Source: Euprymna scolopes
Lineage: Eukaryota
Length of the DNA stretch: 64,000 nucleotides
Strand: one strand, 5' to 3'
NCBI GenBank assembly: GCA_053919585.1
Contig: CM132814.1
Part shown: positions 13,585-26,339 of the stretch, in pieces
Numbering within the stretch: the first letter of the stretch is position 1
Layout: every line of letters starts with the position of its first letter
Made by a program: the position numbers and the translations under genes
The notes under the pieces: generated by a model
What the model was told of the DNA's origin: nothing
Seen by the model: the letters and a program-made list of their open reading frames with translations, nothing else
Databases searched by the model: none

Positions 13585-13745
13585 TTTTCTTACGTTCCTG
13601 ATTTTTTAAATAAAGATTGATTATTCGTATTATTTGGAATCTTCGAACTGCTGATCTCATCTTGAGTATCATTTGCACATTCTTCTGGTGCATCCTGTCG
13701 AACTCGGGATGATATTACTTTTACAATTGATTTTTCCAAGTACTT
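13585..13745 (-). mobile_element. Internally deleted P1 copy
   Basis: Reverse complement aligns to 14082-14115 and 14235-14370; HHR core deleted. Confidence 0.65.
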
Positions 13746-14081
13746 TACTTGCAGACCTTCCTGAAGATTAAAGGTTCAATTTCTAGTGTGGGCGACCGAA
13801 AAATACAATTGCGAATTACTTGGGGCCTCTACTTAGTCATGGCATGATATGAGTGCAATATAGTAAACCTTACATCTAGAATTCGTATTCCTATTTTTCT
13901 TAAACTCCATTACATGAGTTTTATTCTAGAAAATGTCTGGAAATTAACGCTTAACTTAAAGGGGGGTAGAAAGCGAATTAAAATTTAATGATTGGTTTTT
14001 CTGAATTTTTTAAATGAGGATTGGTTATTCTATTATTTGGATTCATTTGTTCTCATCGGACCCGTGGCACAGTAGTTAGAG

Positions 14082-14385
14082 TACTTGGAAAAGCAATAGT
14101 GAAAGTAATATTCTCTTAAAGGTACAGTTCTTGCGAATTATTTAAGACCTATATCCAGTCATGGCTGATGGAACAAAAGCATACTACCCCCGTTAAGTAA
14201 ATAAAGGGTTTCGTTCGAAATTCCGTCCAAATTTCCGAGTTCGACAGAAACATTCCAGAGTTTGACAAAATGCACCTGAAAAAGATCAGAGGTTACATCG
14301 ACCGAAACGTTATGAAAATCACATTCAGGATGAGAACAGTAGTCCGATGAATCCAAATAATATGAATTTTTTACAGGAAATTAAA
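14082..14385 (+). mobile_element. P1 PLE-terminal repeat copy with degenerate HHR at 14273-14314
   Basis: CAC-CTGAAAA-A-GATC...GACC-GAAACGTT-ATG preceded by 2-3 units like CCGAGTTCGACA. Confidence 0.7.
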
Positions 14386-14388
14386 ATA

Positions 14389-15050
14389 CTAGCTATATAT
14401 ACCCGGCGTTGTCAGTAAAAATAAATATTGCTAGGTGAAGGGTTTAGTCACATACTGTTTAAGATACACCGAATTTCCTAACTTGTTACGATTTTCTTTC
14501 AAGTGAACCACATAGTGGATTTATAGAAGCATAAAATGCATCCATGTTTATCTATGAAAATTAAACGGAGAAATAACTCAAGGGAAATAACTCTATATAG
14601 CTTAAATAAATAAACTCACTTCCGTTTTTCAAACACAACTGATGTCGGCTAAAAATAATGAAAATTAAATTAAATTAAAAAAAATTAAATTTAAAAATAA
14701 TACACAAATCAGCTTAAAATAATATTTATAAATAGAAGAATTAAAACAATTCTATTACTAATAGCCATTAATAGCATGGATCTTATCATTAAAATAGAAT
14801 TTCTTTAAATAGTATAGAAATCATGCTGGGGTCAAAGTCCGTTTTCAGAATGAACAATAACTTGTGAAACTGTATATTATGCACAGTATAATCAACTTGT
14901 TGTTTGTTTTTCAACAATGAACGGAACGCAACATAATTTATTTTAATAATGTACATATTTTTTTCTTTTTAAATCTCTCGATACAGCTTTGAAAATGCAA
15001 GGGCGAAACCGATCAGCTAACCCTCTCCTTTATTTTTCTTTACTATATAT
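14389..15050 (-). mobile_element. Possible non-autonomous Helitron
   Basis: CTAG next to a CCCGGCGTTG half-hairpin at the left end; other boundary uncertain. Confidence 0.3.
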
Positions 15051-15165
15051 ATTTTTTTTTTAGTTTTTAAAACGTGTTTTACGTATTTTACTTTTAATCA
15101 TGAATGATAAAATTCTTCCTTTCACGATTTCAATATTTAAATTCTGTACCCCTCCACGAAATCAT

Positions 15166-15227
<62 letters not shown>

Positions 15228-15360
15228 GTTGTGACCAAATCAAACGTAAATGTTGTATTGTTGCTGAATCAAACGTATGTTACGTTGTTGAATTTATTAT
15301 ATAATGGGGTGCTAACATGGCGTACAGCAATATGTACTTGTGACGGAGGGCTTATTTAAA

Positions 15361-15680
15361 TGTGTGTACGTGTCATTGTCACTAATGTCTAGTGTGACTC
15401 TTCACTATCTGGATCCAAGTTCTATTTGTGCCCTATTTGAGTTTTTCCAATATTATGATCGTCTAAATGTTCATATGCGTGTGTGTGTGTGTTTGTGTGT
15501 GTGTGTATATAAATATATAAGTTCCTTACTAATTCTTAATGTTGTATTGTTGGGTTTGTGTGTGTACGTTTCATTGTTACTAATGTCTATACTGGCTTTC
15601 ACTATCTGGACCCAAGTTCTATTTGTGAGCTATTTGAGGTCTTTCCAATGCTATGATCGTCTAAATGTTCATATGTGGGT
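15361..15680 (+). repeat. Direct repeat pair (15361-15480 and 15559-15678) separated by (GT)n-rich sequence
   Basis: Shared CACTATCTGGA.CCAAGTTCTATTTGTG...ATGATCGTCTAAATGTTCATATG. Confidence 0.8.
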
Positions 15681-15863
15681 GTGTATGTGTGTGTATGTGT
15701 TTGTTTGTATCATACATGTATCAGACTTTAGTAGAGTGTATTCCAATTCCTGTTGTGGTTGTTCATTTTAATCTGAAACCATAAAATTGGTCAGTCAACT
15801 CATAAGGTGTATAGCAATTTACGACAATTTAAAATGTCTGGAGAACGCCAAAAGTCTGCAAAC

Positions 15864-16266
15864 TTATTTAAGGGACCTCGTTAACTATTTTTGTTTGTCT
15901 GATACACTTATTTTAAAATATCTGTTTTCATTTTCACGCTAAAGATGTAAATAAATATTTTTGTTTGTCCGTCACACTTAATTTTAAAGAACGGTTTTTG
16001 TTCAATTACCATTCGTATTTTTAATAGTATGTTAGTTTGTCTGTCATTCTTTATTTTAGTAACTATTTTCGTTTGTCATGCTTTAGATGTAAATAACTAC
16101 TTTTGTGTGTATATGTAGTTTATTTTTAATGACTGGGTTTCTTTGTCTGTCACTCTTACGCTTCAAATAACTATGTTTGGTTTTATTTCATTGCCAAGTT
16201 TTCAGACGGCCATTTTGTTTGTCACTTTTAAAGTTTAATTAACTCATTTTTGTCAATCACGCCTAA

Positions 16267-16268
<2 letters not shown>
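15864..16268 (-). repeat. ~400-bp duplicate of 7612-8016
   Basis: Colinear and near-identical by direct comparison. Confidence 0.9.
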
Positions 16269-16331
<63 letters not shown>

Positions 16332-16918
16332 TATACATGTATCCGACATACCTTATTTTTACTGCGTCGTTGATCTTGGTCCATCTGGAAAATCACCTTT
16401 TCTTGGAGGGGAAGCTGGAAAACTCTTGGGGAAAATGCATTTCACTCCAAAAACGATGGTTAGTTTTATATTAGTTTTTATTTCACTTTCCAGGTGTTGA
16501 ACGAAGATGAATGGAAAGTGAGTTATTTTGCTTGTGGTTAATTCTATTAGTCTCCATTTTTTAGACACGTCATCTCCTTCCAAAGTGAGGGAAGACAACT
16601 GTTAACCCGACCGCTCTTCTCTCTGTCCAAATTCCAACTTCGACTCTATGTCCAGCTAACATGATCACGTGGTCAAAACCACGTCTTTCTGGTTCGCTAT
16701 TTTTAGAGCTTCTGGTGAAACTTGTTCATTTTATAGTTCAATAATGTTTTGACAACTTTTATCAAAACATCTTCATATCTAACCTCTTGTTTATCTCGTC
16801 AGTAAGATATATAGATAGTTGATATGGAAAGATATCTAGATTCATAGATATATCGATAATGCACATAGATGTATAGATAGATCGACTACAAATAATTTCT
16901 TGCGTTCCCAACTACATA

Positions 16919-16949
<31 letters not shown>

Positions 16950-17648
16950 TATATAAATACAACTAATTATATAAATGCAACTTTGTCTGTGCGTGAGTTC
17001 GTTCATTATAGATTTCGAAACGGCTGAACAGATTTTCTTTAAATTTTACGGAACTTTAGTGTATAAGTCTTGGAGTAATCTTAGTTAAGTATAATTACAG
17101 ATAGTCGATATATCGAAACCGTTATTTAAAATTATCTATCATCGATAGTCAGTTTTTTCCATGTCGCCGTTCAGCAACAATGATAGAACAACGGGCCGTG
17201 AAAATTCTACTGTGGGTAAGTTGATAGCGTGTTTTTTTTTGTTTTGTTTTTTTGTTTTTTTTTGCATGACGTGATCTATAGGTTCAAACTCTGTACGTAA
17301 ATTTCTTTTTTTTTTTTCATTAACTTCAAAGAATTTTATAAGACTTAAAAATTTATGTTTTTTGAGGACCTTTTTCGCATGACGTGGTCTGATGGTTCAA
17401 GCCACATACCCAAATATCGTTATTTTTCTTTTTCGTTAATTAGAAAAAAATGTATATAAAATAATTTTATGAAAGAAGCAGGTTCTCTAGGGTGCAATGT
17501 ACAATAATATATATTTTGGACTAAGTTACTGCATGGAGGCATGTGAAACCGCCTCCCAGGCGATTTTATGGATTTGATGACAAAAAATATAGGAGTGTGA
17601 AATATTCGTTGATTATCATTTAATCCCGGGCAACTTTGGGTCTCCATG

Positions 17649-17652
<4 letters not shown>
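16950..17652 (+). mobile_element. Non-autonomous Helitron (local family Y)
   Basis: Ends in a CCCGGGCAACTTTGGG hairpin plus CTAA; homologous to 34390-35016. Confidence 0.7.
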
Positions 17653-17704
<52 letters not shown>

Positions 17705-17709
<5 letters not shown>

Positions 17710-18350
17710 TCCTATAAATTCGTTTTTCTTTTGTGTGTATTAAACTGCTCCTTTCTATTTATTTAAAACGAAAATACCACTAGCAAAAGATCTATCTAAT
17801 TTGCATATTCTTTTAAAAATTCATTTTAATTAATTCCCTATTAGTGTCTTCGGTTTTCTAATGAGATAATCATGTTTAGTTCACTATTATGTGTAATTAT
17901 ATTCATGCAGATATCCTACATGATTTATACTTGCATAATATTTGCGTAAAAAGTTTATAGTAAACACAAAATTATTTCCATATATATTTATGTATACGTA
18001 TATATTTTTGCTGCACAAATTTTGCCTACCAAACTCCTCCTAGAGTTGTTGGTCTACAGAAATGAAACTTCATATATAAGGTATTTGAATTCATGCAAAA
18101 CTTTATATTTGGGTTTTAGTCCGGAAAAATCGGTTCAAAAGTGAGAAAATTTTAAAAATGAAATTTGCCAGGTGAAGGTCGAACGCCGGCATTACGAATG
18201 CATAACGTAGTTGTTATTGGTTAATGTTTTAATTTTTAGCCTTGCAGCAAACATACTTTCATAGCCCAGTCATTTACGGCAGAGGCAAAATAAATCGTGA
18301 GCTGAACGTTTTGGTTTTGATTCTCGGTGGTGACGCATGAGTCTTTTTTT
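17705..18350 (+). mobile_element. Helitron-like repeat (local family X)
   Basis: 17705-18000 is the reverse complement homolog of 48975-49316; downstream part resembles internal repeats of family A Helitrons. Confidence 0.55.
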
Positions 18351-18408
18351 TATATACTTTTTAACTCATTACTATATATTGCATCCAATCTATCCACCTG
18401 TCTATATA

Positions 18409-18587
18409 TCTATCTATCTATCTATCTCTATAAAAGTGAAAATGTCTGTCTTTTCTCTAAGGTAGTTAAGGAAGACTATTATATAGAAAGGCATTACTTT
18501 ACATATTCACACTTTTTAATAAATACATATGCACATAACCTTATGAACAGTACATAGGGCCCGAGCAAAGCCGGGCGGAACTGCTAG
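18409..18587 (+). mobile_element. Short non-autonomous Helitron
   Basis: TCTAT...TATAAAAGTGAA start; CCCGAGCAAAGCCGGG hairpin plus CTAG. Confidence 0.65.
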
Positions 18588-18591
18588 TCTA

Positions 18592-18665
<74 letters not shown>

Positions 18666-19539
18666 TGAACGTGTCTGTGTGTCTGTGTACATTTCCCTAC
18701 GAAATAACTCTGTCAATTTTTAGTCTACAGACTCGAAATTTGATATACAGGGCACTGAGATTTGGAAAAATCGATGTGATCGGGTTTTGGCCATAAATTT
18801 GGCGATTAACAGGTCAAAGTTCAACGATTTGACCTTGGAGAACTCTACTAAACTCCTCCGACAATTTTGGGTCTAAAAACTTTACATTTTAGATATAGGT
18901 TCCTTGGACATGGATCTAACTTAATAACTTGATTTGAGCCCAAAACAATAAATGTTAAGGGGACATAATAGGGGTCAAAGTTAAAAAAAAATGACCTCTG
19001 CGGTGTCTACCAAATTACTCAGATAATGTCTGGTCTAAACATTTGAAATTGTACATAAAGAGTATTCGGAGATAGGGCAAGCTTTTTCATCGGTTTCGGT
19101 CGAACATTTTTAGTTACCAATATATAAATGCATGTATGTATGTATGTATGTTTGCATGTCTGCTTAAAACTTTCGACAGAGGCGACGGATTTTACCAAGC
19201 TCAGTATCGTTTTAAAGTTCGACCTTTCATACGACAAATATCGAAAAATTGGCTAAAAACATTAATATCTTCACCTTCAACTGGTCACTTTTCTACAGGG
19301 GGGGGGTCACTTTTTTCTCTGATATTTTTAAAACTCATCCTCTCTTTTGATTGTCTAGCCTTAATTTTAAAAATTGGCAATTCCACTTTACCGGTAGTCG
19401 TAACAGCATATACGTCGGGTTTTTTCCCCCAGTTCTTTTCCTCCTTCGCGATACGGGTTCGAGCCTGCCTTCTTACTACCATTTGTTTTTCTCCATAGAC
19501 ACATCCAAACACCCGGGCAACGCCGGGCTGAAATGCTAG
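18588..19539 (+). mobile_element. Non-autonomous Helitron (local family A)
   Basis: 5' TC, hairpin CCCGGGCAACGCCGGG at 19512-19527, 3' CTAG followed by T; four more copies in the window. Confidence 0.85.
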
Positions 19540-19599
19540 TATATATATAAAGCTGCAAATTTGTCAGGAGGTCAGTGAGACTTTAGCTGACTAAATAAA

Positions 19600-20370
19600 A
19601 CACTCCTTATAACATCTTTATCAGAGAAGAAACGTAACAGGCCTATCTCTGCGCTATCGTTATTTTATGACAGCTGATTTGATCCCCCTGATCTAATCAA
19701 AACTAAACGAAAATTTTATGAACAAAGTTTCTTTCCTAGAACTGTGTAAGAGTATCTTGTGTAGGAGACGGGGAGTCTCGTCGTGGGCGACGAAGCGTTT
19801 CACTGAAGAACCACGGCAACACACAGCGAACCAACAAACAATGACAGCCACGGCGCGAAGGTAACTAACAAAGCTCAGCTGACTGCACGAATAGAAACGG
19901 AACCCAACGGTCACTAACGGAACCCAACGGTCACTGTACTGATCGCCACGAACGTCAGAACCCGACTGCCTCGCACCTCCAATGGACCGATTTTTATTCC
20001 TCAAGATGGCCTAGCTAATTTGCATCCCCGCGAGATCTCGCGCGATCCTGCGAGATTCCGTCTCTAATAAAAGCAGGCAGGCGCCATCTTGAAACTCTTT
20101 CTTCCGCTGCCCCGACCACAGGATCAGCCACCACCCCGCACGCCAGGCACACACGGACCCTCTTGCGCCGAGGGCTACGGTTAGTCTCACAAACTGTTCG
20201 TCTATGGCAGACAATACTGCGGGGTTATTTCCCAGATGAGTTCGACATGATCGTTTTCAAGTTCAATATAAACAAGCTCTTGTTGAGGGGTACTCGTAAT
20301 CAAATCCTACCCAATTTACCCCATTAGCCATCATCATTGTGATGTGTAACCCTTAATCTCCAGTTGCCTC
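19600..20370 (+). mobile_element. Old LINE 3' fragment split by a solo LTR
   Basis: Joining the flanks restores KFYEQSFFPRTVRLWQTILRGYFPDEFDMIVFKFNINKLL. Confidence 0.7.
19745..20191. mobile_element. Solo LTR, 447 bp
   Basis: TGT...ACA termini, perfect AACTG duplication at 19740-19744 and 20192-20196. Confidence 0.85.
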
Positions 20371-20393
20371 TACGTTTTTTGTTTTGTTTTTGT

Positions 20394-20922
20394 TTTTTAC
20401 ATGGTAGTCACCACTTATCAAGGTCCGGAAGCCACTCGGGGATAAAGGTTATTGCGTATACAGTAATCAATGGGATAATATCATAGTGATCGTTAGTAAT
20501 GGAGATTTGATAAAGTGCCTTACTTAAGGTGGCGGTTTATCAGGAATTTGTTTATGTTGGACTTGAAGACATCCAAGTTGTAGTCAGGTGGGAAACAGGC
20601 AAACGGAAGAGACTTCCACAGGCGTGCACTTCTAAGAAGAAAGCTTTGTTCATGGAGTCTACGTTTTGATTTAGCACAGATAAAGAATGGGGAAAATTAT
20701 TGACAGTGGTTTCAGCTAGACCAATGGTTTTTCGTGAAAGATTGGCGATGGGGGGGGGGCTAGAGATTGGAGCTCAGACGAACACCTGCCATGGAAATAA
20801 CGAATAAACAAAGACAGGCTCGCAACGTCTCTTCTGTGGGAGAGAGGTTGCAAGGAAGAGAAAAGGACATCCCCCACAAAGCCTCGAAGTCTATTTTGTA
20901 CTCTGTCAAGGCAGGATAGGCA
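20394..20922 (-). mobile_element. LINE family B 3' fragment
   Basis: Highly similar to 49352-49840; encodes LQPLSHRRDVASLSLF on the minus strand. Confidence 0.85.
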
Positions 20923-21149
20923 AGATAGTTTTAGTAAGTGGTGAAACTCTAATAAAAAAGAGAAGTGAAAGAAAGAAACAACATGAAAGAAAGAACCTTT
21001 TGGTGAAATTCAGTTGTAAATTATTCTTTTCTAGAAGTTGAAGGTTCAATCCCCAGTGCCGGCGACACTAAAAAATACGATTGCAAATTATTTTTCCACA
21101 AGCGCCGGCGGATGCTCAGCGAATAATCGGCGAATGCTCAGTGGATGGC

Positions 21150-21517
21150 AGCGATCAGGTTTTGGTATTGTGGACGTTCATGTTGGTGATGTTCTCGACG
21201 TACGACCAAACGAAGTAGTCCAACAGTATCAGGTTGTGAACAGGGATGGGAGCAGTGAGAGAAAGGTACAAAGTGGTAGCACTCCTTCTGAAGACAAGTC
21301 TGGGTCTCTTTGAACTTGTACAGCGGCCACCACCGATCTCGCTCGTTAAACATTGTGTCACTTTCAGACATAATAGAAGGCTCCTATCGGTCTTAGGATT
21401 TGTACACAACTGGCCAACTAGTAGATGGTCTGCAACAAAAAAGAAAACCGGTTTTAATCAAACGGAAATGGAATCAGGTCGTCTTTTCAACGCTGAACGT
21501 TTTATCGTTCAATCCTG
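21150..21517 (-). mobile_element. Deleted maT-like Tc1/mariner fragment with one TIR
   Basis: LLDYFVWSYVE motif; TIR ends at a TA; homologous to 45532-46370. Confidence 0.75.
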
Positions 21518-21549
21518 TATGGTATAGTATCGCTAGAGAATCGTAGCGA

Positions 21550-21836
21550 CCTTTTACGCTACTTTTGTTAGATTCATTCACGATATAATGAAAAATCTCG
21601 TCTGTAGCGTAATATCTTAAGACGGTTGTAGTCTGAAGATACAGATTCTGGATTCCGACCAAGGCACTTCCTTCATAATCAGTTTTGGTTGAAGTATTTG
21701 CATGCGAATAAATCCTTTTATCTGGATTAAAATCGTGATTTGGCATCCACAAATGATCGGGTGTGTTTCGTTTGCTATTATTCTTCGAGCGGCCAGAAGT
21801 CGTAAACATGAACTTCCTTTTAAGTGCAAGTCTCAA
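21550..21836 (-). pseudogene. Possible piggyBac-like transposase N-terminal fragment
   Basis: LRYYATDEIFHYIVNESN resembles the piggyBac F..F.TDE....IV.ETN segment. Confidence 0.4.
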
Positions 21837-22356
21837 CGGGAGGAATTAAAGGAAAAGACGTTCTGCGTAATACGTCGACCATTGCATGTCGCCATTTCTA
21901 ACCGGGAGCGTTGCGTTCATCGCGTCCAATAACTGATCAGTCGATTAACAAGTCAACAACAAACAGCAAAATAATCTCAAAAGTAAAGAAAGTACGATTT
22001 GTTTTTCCGTCCGTCTTGTTGTATAATTCGTGCTATAATTATTGATGGGACGATTCGAATATTTTTCCGGTTCTGATACAATTATCGATATTTTTTTAAA
22101 TTCCCGATCTCGATACAATTACCGACTCTGATTCCGATTCTTTTTTTAAATTTCACAATATTTAGCTGTAAACTTGTTCTTTTATTTCGGGTTACCGTAA
22201 AAAAATCGCATGTAATAACTGCATATATTTTCGCATATGTAAAACTACATTTGTAGGGGTCGATCTACAGACTTTAATTGCTTATAGTTTAAATCAATAA
22301 ATATTTATCATTTTATCATTCAGTTGGACATTAATATTTCAACAAAACAAAAAAAA

Positions 22357-22793
22357 CAAGCCGAGCATGTAAGGTCCTTCTCCACGAGTCAGCGATTTTG
22401 AGGCAATTTTACCCCTATAGTGGTCTTTAGGGCGGCAACTAGAATTATCACGGAAAATCTGTTCTGGCAAAAATTTACTTTCACCATGATTAATTTTTGT
22501 GCAAAATTTAAACAAAAAATCCAAAGCGTTGTTATAGAGAAATGTGCGAACAAATGAACGGACAAATGATTTGGCGGCAATTTTACCTCTATAATGCCAT
22601 CTTAAGAGGTGGGGAATATGAGTTATACCGAAAAATTCGTTCTGGCAAAAATTGCTTTCACCATGACTAATGTTTGCGAGGAATTTCAAAAAATTCCAAA
22701 GCTTGGTTATTGAGAAAAGTGCGAACAAACGGACAGACAAACAGACGAACGGAAGTGAATTATTAGGTCCAATACTTCCTTTGTCGGGGGACC
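22357..22793 (-). mobile_element. HINE/DINE-1-like Helentron-associated element
   Basis: T-run flanks, GGTCC/GGACC subterminal repeats, (GTCT/GTTC)-like microsatellite, two ~175-bp internal units, terminal small stem-loop. Confidence 0.65.
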
Positions 22794-23035
22794 AAAAGCG
22801 ATTAAAATAATCGTTTCGGAAAAAGAGGCTGGGTTTATAAATTAACGGGACCATTTTTTCTTGTTGATGATTTACTAAAAAGAGATTGCTCTCAGCTCCC
22901 CGTCGATCTCTGACAAAGTTCAGATCGATTTTCGTATAAGATCGCCACATCTCAACAGTCAGTCCTCCAGTTTTTTCATTTTTAATATTTATTAACTATC
23001 CCTTACCTTACCTGACAAAAAAACATAAACACAGC

Positions 23036-24048
23036 TATATATATATAAAACATTTATTTAGAGAGTACGTAGATTAAATATCTAAAAAAACTATAAGGAT
23101 ATAAAAGGCATATTGATATGTATATATAATCTTTGATATCAAAGTTTAATTTGATAAATTAGCGATAAAATCACTTTCAGATTGCATTCAAATATTTATG
23201 AAACGTGCACAGAGATGCAATACTGCGGCAATGCGACACGAGTTGGAGCTTGGTTTTAAAAAAGTGGGACCTCTCCAACAACTAACGCCTGAGAATCCCT
23301 CGTTTAAACTCAAATACCGCTCNNNNNNNNNNNNNNNNNNNNNNNNNNNNNNNNNNNNNNNNNNNNNNNNNNNNNNNNNNNNNNNNNNNNNNNNNNNNNN
23401 NNNNNNNNNNNNNNNNNNNNNNNNNNNNNNNNNNNNNNNNNNNNNNNNNNNNNNNNNNNNNNNNNNNNNNNNNNTAGAAAGTACGTAAATTAAATATCTC
23501 AAAAATTATTAAGGATTTAAAAAGCATATTGATATGTATATAATCTTTGATATTAAAGTTTAATTTGATAGATTAGCGTTAAAATCACTTTCATTTAACA
23601 TATATAGAATCTTTTCATCAGCCCGTCAGTCTCTTAAACTGGTTATAAAAAGAAAAAAGTATAATTTGCATTAAGAATAAAATAATAAATAAGATTATAA
23701 AGTATAGGGACCGTTTTTATGGCATTTAACCCGGTTAAGAATGTTTTAAGGGGTCAAAAATAGGTCAAAATTGAAAAAATCGTTAAACATTTTGTACATT
23801 CATCTTAGTTTATTTTTAATTTTTAATCAGTTTATATGCGTGTCACGTTGGTACAGTGGTAACGTAACCAGCTTTGAATGCTACAGTTTTGCTTTCAGTT
23901 TCGATTCTAGCTGATGGCACTCACGTATTTTTTTATTTATGAAATCACGACTCTTTTAATAATATATATGAAATCTGGACAAATTAAAATATTATATTAA
24001 GCGTATTTCACAACCCGGCGAATCCGGGCAAAGCCGCCCCCTACCAGT
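23036..24048 (+). mobile_element. Probable Helitron-like element with an internal ~120-bp direct repeat (23058-23179 and 23475-23593)
   Basis: CCCGGCGAATCCGGG hairpin near the end, CCAG instead of CTAG; spans a gap. Confidence 0.4.
23840..23920 (+). pseudogene. tRNA-derived sequence (SINE head or tRNA pseudogene)
   Basis: A-box-like TGGTACAGTGG, B-box-like GTTTCGATTC, ends GTGTCA/TGGCAC can pair. Confidence 0.45.
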
Positions 24049-24957
24049 AATCAATATAATATTATGACATTTAATATAACATCAGAAATTTAAGATGTGT
24101 GGATGACATTGTCTCATGTTGAATAGCACCAAATCAAAGGTGTTACATATCGGAAACATTTAATGGACGATGAGACATTTATATAAACGGCGTATACGGC
24201 GACAACGTTGTTCCTAAAAGGAATATACATGTGAGAGTAGAGATATTCATTATTGATGATGGGATACCGTTAACACTTTGGAAGGTGGGGTGTCATACGA
24301 AGTTCATTTTACAAGACGAATCACATAACACATACCTTTTCGGTTGAAATTATGACGAATGAAGACGCACAAATAAGATGATTATATTTATTATTCCAGC
24401 TGGATGACATGATCAGGGATTCAATTTCCTTGCAGAATTACATTGTCTTGTCTCCCTTTTCTGGTTCGCTTTCAAAATTAATTCGGCCGATTCAGCTCTT
24501 CTCTCTCCCGAGTCTCCTAACTGTGACTCCCAGCTGTGTCTCTCAACTCTGACTGATTTTGAACCGTCTTAACTGAATATTTCGAATCTCTTGTTTTCTG
24601 ATGTCAAAATGTGCATAGACATGTGATTCTCCTCACGTGGATTTACATATTACATATGCCTCCACACGTTTTCGGCAAAACAAAGAAAATTTCTCCATTT
24701 ACATTGTCCGATTCTACTTGCTCTAACTTTGCTAATTGTATATTTTTAACACAATGGACACTGCTCTACATTCCTAGGATTGCATTTGCGATATGTATAC
24801 CTTTCAACTCTTCAATACTGAGTTCTATCCTATCCTTTTCCTTATAATAAATATTATTTTCAGTCCTATTTACTAATGGTTTAATAGTTTCTCTCCCATT
24901 CCATGTACAGCACTCATCGCAGACTCGAAAGACCAAATTGCTACAATTAGACAACAG

Positions 24958-25660
24958 CGGCGGATGAAAGTGAAAAGAAAGTGCTGCAACTAAATGCTAA
25001 GAAGACAGAAGGAATGGTTATCTAAAAAGAAAAAAAACGATGAAGTACCGAAATGCAATATCAAATGTAAAGGTGAGATTACCAGACAGGTGGATACATT
25101 CAAGTGTCTGGGTTGTACTATTACATCTGATGATAAGAATGACGCGGAAATCAAGACAAGAATCTCAATGGTAAAATCCGCCTTCCACAGCATGGACTGC
25201 ATCTTTAAAAAAACTGAAACATAAAACTGAACACACATATCAGAATCTTAAACACGTGTTGGATAGTAACGAAGGCGACTGAAAGTCTTTTGAAAGATAT
25301 GGTTTTTAAGGAGAATTCTACGAACCTTATTGGCAGAAATGAAAACAAACGAAGAAGTCATGTGGAAGGGAAAATACAGCAGATCACTAATCAATACGAT
25401 CTACGCCAGACAGTTTAAGCTCTTCGGTCATTTAGTGCGGGAGGACAGCTTGGAAATAAAGCTGGATGTTAGGAAAGATCGCTGGCAAAGAGAGCAGAGG
25501 AAGACGACGAACAAAGTCCACTGATAGTCTCAACATGGTTACTGGAAACACAACTATAGATCTTATAAGAAAGACCGAATGCAGAAAGAACAGGAGAGCC
25601 ATGATCATCGATGTTTGAAATAATAGACTTGATATCTGAAGAAAAAGCAAAAAAAGAAAA
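24958..25660 (+). mobile_element. RTE-clade LINE 3' fragment
   Basis: QVDTFKCLGCTITSDDKNDAEIKTRISMVKSAF, TNEEV and RQFKLFGHLVR motifs. Confidence 0.8.
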
Positions 25661-25908
25661 CTGTGTAGCACAGTATTACCTTCTAAGTATTTATTAGAAC
25701 TAATAAATGTATCCAATTTGTTCATTTTCATATTCGAAATACAGTGGACATTATTTTCATAGAAATATTAATAAACTCATATTTGCTGCATGGTATTTGA
25801 TTTTTCTGTAAAAAAAATGCGCTATCCAGAAAAATATCATCTTTATTTATTTTACATATTTGTTCATTAAATATATTTCTCATTCCATGAAATTTCTACG
25901 GGTCCTAC

Positions 25909-25947
<39 letters not shown>

Positions 25948-25950
25948 CAA

Positions 25951-26293
25951 CTAGTGGACCTGTGGAAATTCCACAGCAGACTCTTTCATATGTAATATAT
26001 TGATGTTGGCATTCTGTGAATGTTCAGCGTAAATGGAGACGGCCTGATATTATTGTAGCTCTTTTGTTAAAACTGCAAAAGTGTTTCTTTAAGCTAAGTA
26101 TTAATCTGAGCTAGCATTGTCGCCCGGCATAGCGCGGTCGTAAAATACGGCTGTTAAATATGATATTTTCATTCATGCAGATTTTGTATATAATATTCTA
26201 GTCAATTTTATATTGATTCTTATATAATAAAAATAAAAAAGATATGTTCATATGATTTGGGTGCATCAGCTTGAATCAAAGCCAAAACTAATG

Positions 26294-26339
<46 letters not shown>

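Noticed and set aside
19019-19539. Short ORFs recurring in Helitron copies
   Set aside because: Frames are not conserved between copies and there are no Rep or helicase motifs
24098-24666. Possible solo LTR (TGTGGA...TCCACA)
   Set aside because: No target duplication and no second copy in the window
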